A stretch of 64,000 nt of DNA from Podarcis bocagei (taxonomy: Eukaryota). The notes beneath the pieces were generated by a model. That model made no database searches. It was not told the origin of the DNA and saw nothing but the letters and a program-made list of their open reading frames with translations. The DNA is taken from the NCBI GenBank assembly GCA_964188305.1, contig OZ076895.1; one strand, 5' to 3'. The position numbers were made by a program, and so were the translations under genes. Shown piece by piece: positions 27,501 to 39,800 of the stretch (the first letter of the stretch is position 1; every line of letters starts with the position of its first letter).

Positions 27501-30359
27501 AAAAGAGAATTCCATCTAGCAGGAATGGGAGGAAACATTCCTACAACAAAGAAAAAGCATGGATTTAAAATTACTTAATTCACTTGGCAGGTAGGAAGCA
27601 AATTTCTTTAGGATTTCTGAGTAAACGTCTTTAAGGATTGAACTGTAAAAGGTTCTAGATCACTTTACAGGAGCAAGACGTTTGGAAAAATCTGTTTCCA
27701 AATAATGGTGTGCAATTTTATGCAGGTTAAGTCTGGAATCAAAAACGTGGGGTTTTTTTTTGGGGGGGGGGACTTGCTTTAGAACCTTTTATCCAAACTG
27801 AAAAGAAGGAAAGTCGTGAGTCATGACCCAAGCATTTTTGTTCCTACACACTTGAATGTCAGATTTTTAGATTATTACCTGCTGCTGATTTGAGAAAACT
27901 CAGAAAGGACCCCTTAGCACTTGAACTTACTAAACCTCAAACTGTCTAAAGTTTTATATAGAAATAGGTCTTTGCATGTCTATATCTATCTAGCTATCTA
28001 TCCATACATCTATCTGAGCAGACAAACACCTGCCAACAGTGGTGATGTGGAAAGTCATTCATGATAGCATCCACTTTAGCACAGATAGGTCACTGCTGCT
28101 TACCACAGTGGCTGCTTATAGTTTCAAAGTTTTGAGATGGATACTTGGTAAATCCTCTGAATACGCATTGAGCAAGTTTGAGCTGCAGTCAAATGTACAG
28201 TAGACAAGAAATAGAATGAGTAATTGACAGTTGCATCACACAAGCCATTCACGCTTGTACATCCCAATACTGACTCCTCGGTGCAATTTTTAGTTCAGCT
28301 CTACATGTATTATGAGTGAGAGAAAGCAGGCACTAATATTAGAGTTGTTTCAGTCATGGCTGCATGTCGTTATTGCAGGCACCTTTTTTAGTAGTTCACT
28401 GGGTGTATCTGGTGCTATGCATCATACATACCCATCTCCCCATAGCTGTTTGGCAAGCTTTATTTTAAAATTATTTTTATAGTATTTTAAAGATTCTTCA
28501 TTATACCATAAATAGTAATGGCTTGAATGAGGACAATAAACTGAAGCTGAGTCCTGGCAAGGGAGAGGTGCTTGTGGTTTGGTAGATTCCAGATCTGGGA
28601 AACAGAAAGATGGTCTGTTCTGACTGTGGTTGGACTTCCCTAAAAGATCACCCGGTACATTTCTGAGCACAATTCAAAGTGTTGGTGCTGACTTTTAGAG
28701 CCCTAAACGGCTTCGGCCCAGTATACCTGAAGGAGCATCTCCTCCCTCCAGGTTCAGCTGGACGCTGAGATCTTGCTCTGAGCCTCTTCTGGTGGTTCTT
28801 TCACTGTGAAAAGTGAAGCTACAGGGAACCCAGTAGAGGACCTTCTCCCATCAGATGTCAAGAAGATATATAACTATACAACTTTTAGAAGACACCTGAA
28901 AGCAGCCTGTATAGGGAAGCTTTTTAATGTGTAGTGTTTTATTATGTTTTTATATATATCTTGGAAGTCAGCCAGATGGACGGGGTATAAATTATTATTA
29001 TTATTATTATTTTAAAGTGCCTTATAATTAGACACCTGGAAATGCCATATCCATCTCAGACAAACTCCTTGACTCTTTATTTACCTACCCCTCTGGACAT
29101 GTTGCAGTCTGTCAGAGTTACTCTGATCTTCCTTGTGGTGGCTTGTACACCAATATATTTAATGACTGTCCCGATCGTGCGTTAGTTGGAACATTTACTC
29201 CTTCTGGACATGGCAGCGTTTGCTTCTCTAACAGGTAAGAAGAGATGTTCCAGAGGGCTTCCTAACTAACATCAAATGTTAACCGCAGCAGGCACTGAGA
29301 GACAGTCCTTTGGCAGTACCTGCTATACTGGATGTAGGACATAATTAAAAGGCTCCCACATTGTTTCAAGCATGACTCACTCCCTCTAAAAACTAAAAGT
29401 GTGCTTCAAAAGCTTCCATTCACCCCACCCAGAACAGCACAGACATCTTAAGGTAGCAGCCAGCGCTGCTGTATCGTATATGGTGCAGTGACAGCCACTG
29501 ATCCATCAAGTTGGGCCTGGTGACCTGCATTGGTTAGCTCAAAACACTCGACACAACAAGTGAAGGTGTTGTGCTGGTGCAGCACTTCTTATATCCTTTC
29601 TTAAGAATCTTGTTTAATTTACACGGTAGTTTAGAGCTCAAGGTAGGCCATGTACCAACTTGCTGTGTGGAATCAGAGCCTTGTAGAGTTCAGGTATCCT
29701 TCTCTCAACTTATGGTGAGTTACAAGCATTCTATACACACAATTTTTTTATATCAAATAGAACGGGAAGGGAGAGCAAAGTCTGTCACACCTAGTTTAAC
29801 ACTATCAGCCTAGACTGTGCTGCGTGCCTCTGCTGATTTGTGGATCATAGCCTTAGCAGATGAAAGTGGGTTTTTTTTGCCTTGGATAAAACCACAATGG
29901 GATATAATATATATGATATATGTCATTGATTACTGTAAAGTATGCCTAGAATAAGAGCCAGTGTTAACATGGGGTTATCCAGGCACCTTCATGTTTTGCA
30001 GTTAAAAAGTAAGGGCTACGTTACGAAATAATTTTGTGACTCTCTTAAGGCTGGATTGTTCATTCACAGCCACTGTGCACACCTGTGTTGAATGCTATAT
30101 GAAAATATAGATGAAGCGATAAATATGCAAATTACTATGTTAATTAAAAGCACCAAGATCAAAGTAGACAGCTTGAGTTACTCATTATGTTTTACTAAAT
30201 GGCACCGTGAAAAACTGGCTTTTGGTTTCTGCAGCAGCAGCAGCATAGCAATGATATTTAATCAGGAAGGAGGCATGGTGACTAATAAAGATGGAGAAAT
30301 ACTACGCCAGTGGAAATGGCCTGGAGAAGGGAAGCTTGATGACCCAGTTATTATGCAGG

Positions 30360-30427
<68 letters not shown>

Positions 30428-30784
30428 CTTTTTTCAAATACGGCTTTCCTTCTGGGGGATGCTGTTATTTACAGTGTTGTAAATTCTTCAGCTAACAGAA
30501 GTAGCTAACTACCTAAGCTAGCTCACAGTAAAATTAATGAATGAAGTTTAATGAAGAAAATGATACTTTGAATTAATTTTCTTGTTCCCAAGATGAAGCA
30601 GCACAAACACTACAATGAAGATTGAGCCATCATGGTACAAAACAGGATCATATTCATATATCAAATCCATATTTTTATAAATTACATGTGCTTTTGTATG
30701 AATGAGTTATTATAACATATTTATGTTTTTAAGTGTGTTGCAAATTGCCTGGAGACATCTGTGTAACAAGTGACTTAAGAAGCC

Positions 30785-30824
<40 letters not shown>

Positions 30825-33800
30825 AGCAGAAGAGAAGTGGGAAACTGCATTACTTTAAAACTGAACTGCTTTGCTCCTGTCTCTTTCTTTCCCCCTAAGG
30901 CAACATGCTTAACCTAGCACTTCTTAAACTGTCAAGAGTAGAAAAGTCATGTTTGCACTCGACCTTTCCTTACTATGATGTAAAATTTGAAGTAGAGATT
31001 AAATTTCACCCCTTTATCTGGCAACCCAACCCTATCCAATCCTGGCAACTAGCTATGCTCTGTACTTTCCACAACTATCCCGGCAACCTACATCTGGCAA
31101 GAAGTACAGAAGCCTAATTATATCTTGCAATTATATGTGCCTGATTATATCTTGCAGACACTAGTTTTTTTAAAGGGGGTGTGGTAGAGAACATGCTCTG
31201 CATGTGAAAGGTTCCAAGTAGACTTGGGTGAGAACCCTGTCTGAACTCCTAGAGAGCTACTGCCAATCAGTGTTGACAGTAATGAAGTAGATGGACTAAT
31301 GGTTTTGATGATGCAGTAGTTGACAGATTCCCATATTCCCGCAACAGCATTTCTGGGAAGGCGCCATAGCTTATTTGCACACAGAAGGCCCTAGCTTCAA
31401 TCCCTGGCACCTTCAGGTGTGCCTGGGAATTCTCCTGTCTGAAACCCCAAAGCCAGTCAAAGCAGAATAGACAATTGTGAGCTAAATGAACCAAACTGCT
31501 TTGGGGGAGGAATGGAACATCAGGTGGGAAGGGAGGTGGGATGGAGTATCCTGGAGAGGGGCACAGCACACTGAACCACCATAAACAAGATGGTGTCGCC
31601 ATAAACAAGATCTGTCTCTGGTTAGTGTCAGATTTCTCTTGTGGCTTCCTATCTTCATTTTGGCAAATTCCATAGCTGAACAATACTGTGAAGTACACAT
31701 CTCTCATGTCTTACCCTAGGTTAACAAGTGCATCACAGTGAAGGTTGCAGGACGCTTTGCTGTTGGATTGCTTTACAAGTGGCGACATGAAAGCGTGCGT
31801 TTGTCTTTGTCACCGGTACGAGGTGTGGCTGGTCCACAGTTAGAAAACCTGGTATGGTGCAATAGCTTATGATGCAAAAAAACCACACAACATGCCAATC
31901 AGGCTGGAGCCTGTAGAGAAGTTGCAGGGAGATAATAGCCCTCTGTGGTGGGTTGTGGGAGAATTTGGTTGCGAGAGGATTTGCAAGAAGTAAAATATTT
32001 GTTGCACAGTAGTTTCAAAAGGAATAACAGATAGAAGAGGGCCGTTTCCAGCTCTTGCACATACATACTGTTTCCATACAAATGGACTTTTCCATTCAGT
32101 TCAAAATCAGGATCAGCTTGACATTTAAATTCATGGGTATACTATTGGAAGCCCTACACAAATGTTAGAGTCATGGTGGATTGTGTGTATCCAGGCAAGT
32201 GCAATAGTGAGACAAATGAATATAGAGAAGACACTACATTATTTTCCCCTACATCAGGGATGGAGACTCCCAATTCCCACCAATTCCCAATATAACAAAG
32301 ACACCACAGTCTCCAGTGGCCTACAGTTTAAGGAAACCAACCATGAGTTATGTGCTGACAGCACCCCTGAAATCTCTCACTGCTCGGAGATTGGGGTGCA
32401 CATAGCAGTATTTTAAGCAGCTACCGCATCACAGCCAGGAGCCAAACAGAAATATGTTGCTGTTTGGTTACAGGTAATCACATACCAGTCACACAGAATT
32501 TAGCTTCTGCTATTTTCTGATGGGGTTATGTGCTTCATGGCTGGTAGCAATTCAACAGCAGATGCAGTTGCCAACAAAAGGTTTGCCTGTTTTGTTACTT
32601 GTCCTGTAGCTATGGGAAATTGTAGGACTCCTGCAAGAAAAATGGGTAGAAACTCAATGGACTGCATATGATTAAAGCAAATTCTGCTGTTTGTTCTCTC
32701 TTGGTTTTCTAGAGCAAGATATTCACAGAAGTTAATCTACCATCCGCATCAGTAAAAGGATTTTCTAAAACACATGGCAAAACGGAAGACACAAAAAAAT
32801 CTCTTAAAAAAGAAGTAAGCACCTGTCAGAAACTCAATATTAAAATAAGTAAATGTAATTTTATTTTCACACTGCTACAGCTTACTTTTTTCTAACATTT
32901 CCTCTTTCTTTGCCCATCCACTAGGATACTGTAACAGCAGCGTATTTTGCTACAATTTATTTTCATTATGCTGATTTAACACCATAAAACTTGTATGCAA
33001 AACGCCCCTTCAGCTAATGAAACTTTGATTCCTTATTTCACAATAACGTAGGAACACGTTTTGACAAACCCAATAGAAATGAAAGGCAGATGTACAATAT
33101 TTGCAGCTGTTTACTGGAATCTTGGGTGCCACAAAAAGATTCCACATATCTGCAAATGCAGAAAGGAAGACTGAATAAATATAAATAAGAGGGCGGGGAG
33201 ATAACTGAGGATGGAAAGAAGGGGAAAGGGCAGAAGCAAAGGGGACCACAAGGCAGAAGAAGCAGGGGCCAAGGCAAAGGAAATAAGAGTTGAAGCCGGC
33301 CAAAATAGTTGCCTACTGGTCTACTGGTCATGTCTATGGCTTTGTACATATTCCTCCCATTTGATGGTTTGTACTTTGATGAACTGAAAGGAGAAGGGAA
33401 GGATGAAGCAGGCAGATTAGGAGATAACGTATGGGAAAAGCAGAAGCTGAGGTGGGATCAAGTGGAGGCAATAGAATAGAACAGACATATAGGCCAAGAG
33501 AGCAGAAAGTAGAACAAAGCAGCTGAGAATAAAGAAGAGAATACCTGCCACAGAAAGGATCACACAGGATTGCCTTTTTGTTATGTATTATTTATGTGCC
33601 ATCATATTTATACCCTGCCTTTCCTCCATGGAGATAAAGGTGGTGTACATAATTCTCCCCCTCACCATATTATCCTTGCAACGCCTCTGTAAGGTAGGTT
33701 AGGATGAGAGACAGTGACTCCCAGCAAGTTTCATGGCTAAGTAGAGATTGGAACCCTGGCCTCCCAGGTCTGACACTCTAACCACTATGGCACACTGTTC

Positions 33801-36800
33801 AGTTTGAGGTGCCAGGTTCAGACTGCTTTGCTGGAACCTTTATTTAGTTTTATCTTCTGGGAATGTTTGTACCAGCCATTCTATTTTTATCTGGTCCCTG
33901 ATTACTTTTACTGTTTTTTCTTTGTTGTGCTACTCATAATTTGATCTGATTGCTGATAAAAAAAATTACCACAGGAGAGAATACCTAGAATTTCAGAAGG
34001 GGATCTAAGCCATGTCAAAGACTACAACCCTACCAGAGAATTAAAAGCGCTGAGATGTAAAATCAAGAATGTCCTAGAAGACTGGATGGAATATTACCGG
34101 ATAGCCTTAGGTCAGTCTTTAATTTAGTAGCATAAGTATTGGAGGAGGATGCTAACACTTCTAAATTCAGAGGACTGAAATAAGTAATGACATGGTTTAT
34201 ATTTTTGGTGTCAGATATTTAAATATATTTAAAAATTATAATCAGTATGTATAGACTAAACATTACAGTTCATCTGCATTTGTATCTGTTAATGTGATAT
34301 TAACCTAACAGCTGCATCTGCTTTGCAAAAAGGGAGTATGAAATCACTTAATGAAATTATATATTGCTTTATCTTTTTTTACATTTTTTATTTGAAAGGT
34401 ACACTTTCCTATAAAAATTGATTCCACATTTCATTAGTTTGTTTGCAGGGTATGCTTTGAGATCGGACTTTTGGTACTAATTATTTTCATTTATGTATGC
34501 ATGAAAATACATCACATAAAGTCATGTGTGATTGATAAAAAAAACCCATATGATATATCTATACATTTGTGAACTAAGCCAGTATTCTGTGTGTGATTTC
34601 ATTTCCCTTAGTTCCAGAGCCTATTGCATGACAGGAGAAACAGGAATATTTCCTGATCCTGCATCTCCAGGATACTCACCATATACAGTATAGCAGAAGA
34701 ATACTTTGTGTTCTTAACTTGGGTTTGAGCTGACCATTGGTCATGCTGCCTAGGGCTAATGGGAATTGGATCCAACAACATCTGGAATGTGAAAAGTTCA
34801 CCATCACTAGACTGGAAGATAAGAACTGGTACAATTTCTCTACACCAAAGAGGTGAAGCGCTGGTGGAAGCTTGAGCCTAGGGGAAGCATAGAAGCAGAG
34901 TGCAATGTGGTCTATGAACATTATCTTTCCTTTGGCCAACGTTTTATTGGAAGCAAACATCTTGCTTGATCCAAATGTGATGTTAATCTTCCTAGCTATT
35001 TTCAAAGTGCTTCCTCTTCGCAGTACAGAAACACTAAGCGTTATAAATAATATAAATTAACATTTGGTTGCAATTATTTCTTAAGTGTATAAAAAGGTAT
35101 TTTATACTCTTAACTTCTTAAAGCAGTATTTCCTGGAAGTTGTATCGAATGGGAAGGACTCCACTTGAAGGGGACATTTTGCTTTGCACTTTCAGTTCTT
35201 GTGATGTGCAGTTGTCAACCAAATTCCACATGCATCTAAGTCAGCTGTCTTATATGTGAGCTTAAGGCCTTTTTAAAGTTTGTTGCCTTGGTGGTGTATT
35301 GTTGCATTTCAGAAATCAGCTCACCACACACACACAGAACCTCAGCCTTCCCTCGGATTGCTGGCAGACGGTGCAAAACACAACATGTGGATGATTTCCT
35401 TGGCTTTCATACAGCACAGGGAAAAGAGAATGACAGGGAGACAGAGACCCCTACACCAGGCAACCACCCTCCTTTCCAGGCTGTTCCGTCTTGCGGCCCC
35501 ACTCAAGGTGTGTCACCTGGTTCTTACAGGTAAAAGCACAAGAAGTCAAATGCCTACAAACTCCCTTTGCAATGGAGAGTAAATACTTCACCATTCTGTG
35601 AATATATGGAGGAATTTGATGTAGTACTATGACGACCCTTCCTTCAGTGCAAGCATTTCAGTTTGCCAGATGGAACAATTCCCCCCTCTCCTCTGCCTGC
35701 AAGCTGTTCTGGGAGTTCTCCTGACATACACACACCCAAGGCAATTTGGCAGGGTGCATGCAGGGACCAAGGAAAAGCCTCATTGTGGATAAATTTCCCA
35801 ATTTTCTCAGAATATTACCTTTCTTTTATTAAAGTTAATTTTAAAACTTTGTGCTGGGTAAATGAAAATAAATTGAGAAAATATTCCAGATGTAAAATGT
35901 TGCAATACTGTATTAATTCTTTTTTGAAGCAATGGGTTTGGTTTCCAAATCCTCTTAATTAAGATAGGTGCTAGCTAAATATTGGGTCATGAATCAACCA
36001 CAGCACACATAAGCTCAACTGATAAATCACCAGAGAGGAGTGGGAACAACTTCCTTTATACTGGGATCTTATACTGCTCTGATTAAGTGCTTTAGGAATT
36101 CTAATGTGCTGAATATGCAGCGTGTACCTACTAAAACGATACTGCAGAGGTGCAGAATCAGTTGCACCCTGTACGCTGAATTTCAGCTTCCATCATCTTT
36201 GAATATTGACCATGTTGGCTGGGGATGATGGGACTTGGAATCCAACAACTTCTGGAGGGACAGAGGTTCCCCACATATGCTGCATTGTATGAAACAACCA
36301 TTAGAAATGGGTCTACATTGCATATCAGTGTAAATATCAGCAGAGATACCTTGGAATTGCAGAAAAACCGTGAAGTGTGTTTGTTTTCTCTTGCAGAGAC
36401 CCTCATTTATTGAGCAGCATTTTCAGAACAAATAAACCGCCCATGGCTCACCTTAATGTAAACAATGACACACTCCAAACCTCTCACAAAGCAAAGTAAG
36501 TAAAACTAAGTACCATTTACTATGTTCTTTGAAGACTTACTAAGATTCTTTAAATGCCATTTATATTATTTGGAGCATATGTTTCAAGAATGACACAAAT
36601 ACATATTCAGGTGATTTTACAGTATTTTTACTTTGGAGAAGTAAGGAAAATATGACAATTAGATCAATTTAGAATAGCTTTGCATTATGTATATGATATA
36701 TTTATTATTCTATTTATTATATCTTCCACTTTTCCTGCAAGGAGTAAAGGGGAACATACATGGTTCTGTACCCTCCAACAATAATTCATCTTTGTAAAAT

Positions 36801-39800
36801 AGACTAGAATTTAGCTGCTTGCAATCCAGTGGCCTTAATTTTACTACGTTTACTTGGATTGGATTTCTGAAGTTGCAATCTGCAACTAGGAATGTGAAGA
36901 AAGCAGTCCTTTTCCTCTGCAGCAAGCGACCAACATTTCCTTACATTTGTAATGTTATCATTGTTAACAATGCTAGGTTCAGTTCTGGTAGCCTTGGAAG
37001 CAAGTTGTTCTTGTTTTTCCACAGAAATAAGCATTTGTGTCTTACACACTTCAGGACCTTACCACTATTTATTCTTGCCCGAATTTTGTTTGAAGCTGTC
37101 TTCAGAAGTTGTTCAGCCAGTTTATCCACACAAAGAGCATCTGCTAGAGTTTTCTTTATACTAGTTTGGCTCATTCTTCTGCTCTGGAGGATCAGAAAGA
37201 GCATCAAAGTGCTGTGGACACGGTTATACCTTTAGAAAACCATGGATTTCAGCTAAAGTCAGGACTCTGGGTTTATTTGTAGAATAATGCAAGGAGAAAA
37301 GAAGTGTGGGCAAGGAGATTGAGCGGGTGGTCGCTGAGCAACTCCAGGCATGCCTGGAGGATGCGGACCATTTAGGTCCCTTCCATTCGGGATTTAGGCC
37401 TCATCATGGGACTAAAACTGCCTTGGTCGTGCTGGTCGATGATCTCTGGTGGGCCACGGACTGAGGTGAAGAACAAAATATTGTTAGTCTCTTTGCAATG
37501 TTAATTAAATGAATAACTAAACAGAAGAGCTATGGTTCGTGACAAAATGTTGGATAGCCCTCAAGGAAATAGCTGATCCCAAAAGGCACATTAAGAAGTT
37601 GTAGAGAAAAAGCATCATGATGATAAAAACAATTTTGGACAGAGATATGATTTTGCAGCAGCCTTTTGAATTACCTGGGAAACAGAGAGACTTTGTTTGG
37701 TAGATCAAGTAAGTGTAAGCTGGTTAAAGTTTTGTTACTTCAGTTCATTCACACTCCAACTTACGCTCCTTTTACCACTGCTTTCTCATGACAGTGAAAA
37801 GGCATCCACTGCATCACACAGTGCCTGCCCTGTAGTCCTTCGAAGAACGATGCTGGGAGATGAAGTGAGGATATGCAGATGCAGCAACCATCAGATTCCA
37901 TATGTTACAGACCTGGAATATGATCACATTATCAACAACCAGATGTCTTCCTCAGAGCAGATCACTGTGGTCTGTGTGACTACTTCATTGAGAGCGGCAG
38001 ATTACGACCTCAGAACAGATAAGCACCTAGAACAGCTCTATGAGAGAAAGAACAAGAACAGGAGTATGCCATGTACACAGGTAGGGCTCTCGGGTGTTGT
38101 CTCAATCGCATCAGTGACCTGGTTCACCTGTTAACACTCAGCCAAGCTATGGCTAAGCATGAACACACAAAAACTGCAGGTGCCTCACTGTCCTGCTGGC
38201 ATGCTAGCCAGAGCTAAACCGTGGGTGGCTTAGTGTTACGTCCAAACCTAGGTTTATGGTTTGTCTTGCTCCAAACAAACTATGAGCTGTAACCAACGTT
38301 TGTTCTTGGTTTGTTCCCCAGACAAACCATGATCCCAAGTTTGGATGTAAAGTTAAGTGAAAGCATGATTTAGGTCCCAGTAGCATGGCATTAGCAGGAA
38401 ATGGGGAGGGATATTTTCCTGTGAGTACCCACATGCTTGCTTGTTCACACTTAGCCATGGTATAACTTAGTGTTGCATTTGAACTGGGCCGATGACTGAT
38501 GTAAAAGCAAGAAGATTTTGAATAACATCTTGGTGTGAAAAAATTGCTTCATTTTATTGACTTCTTACAAGTACAGAGAAATTGGGTTGTTGACATAGGA
38601 GTTTAATGCCACAAGACGTCCTTTTATATCGTTTGTGGATTGGGGTATAAGTCTAGGGTTGTCATATGACCTCTTTTTCCAGAACACGTCCTCTTTTTCA
38701 TGGGTATGTAAAATGAGTCGTTATAGCGATCCATGGTTAAAAGTAGAAGTTGGCAAATGTGTCCTCTTTTTTGCTCTTCAAAATATGACAGCCCTAAGAT
38801 GGGTGAGCTTTTTCAGAACATGAATGCTATTGCTGTTTCCCTATACACACTAGATCTAAATTAACAGTAGTGCCCCCCCCTTTTTTTGGTAAGGTGGGAG
38901 TACATCAGAGGGACATTCTGACAATTAGGCATGTCCATCACTAAGTTAAATGTACTTGGGCCACTTGCCAATGTGAGCAGTAAATAGCTGAATAATTCAA
39001 TTCCTTTAATGCTGACTTGTTCAATGGGAACATTGTGCTCTGACATCTGGTAGAATAAGATTTATTATTGCTATTGTTGACCTAGTCTTATAATGATGCT
39101 GTCTTTGTTTTTGTAGGGTCGTCTGGACTCTTTTCGCCTGCTCAAATACGATCTTGGGTCTGCAGATGAGTTTACAGGCCACTGTGGATCACTACTGGTG
39201 AAAAGGCATAATATTGCTCCTGGCATGTTTTTGGTAGGTTATAACCTTCCTGTCGCACATCCAGGTCATTTCAACTCATACCGAGAAAATGGCTTCCAGA
39301 TCCTATGGCTGGAGTCTACTTCTTGTGTTCTTCGTTCAAGAAAAGTCCATTCCCCATTTCATAGCAAATGGCGATGCAGCACAAAGACAATGCTGACATC
39401 TTCCTCTTGTCCATTGGGATCAGTGCCATCACAATAATTGGAACATAAGGATGATTGGTTTCGTTCTGCAGAATAGTGAAAGATATGGCACTGACTGGAA
39501 AAAGACATAAAATTCCAGTTTCTCCCTCAGAGGGGTCTAGTAAGAGCAACTGCTCAAGTTTCTGATCTGAGAACTAAGGGAAATATCTCTTTTCTCTCAC
39601 TGTTTTAGATAGATGGGTAAAGGGAGAGATGAAAGCACTATAGTGAATCGGCCTATAATTTGTTCTCAGCAAATGATATGAACTCTAGAAAGGTGACTCC
39701 TCCACCTTATTTTCTGAATGTGGAGCCTAACCGAAGCAAGAACGAAATAGCTGGCATGATCCCTTCCCAATGCAAGGGACATGTTTGAAATACAGTGGTA

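Noticed and set aside
30092-30508. ORFs with poly-YI, poly-I or poly-VC runs (also 11526 and 20555)
   Set aside because: Translations through microsatellites; only 30235-30358 is exonic.
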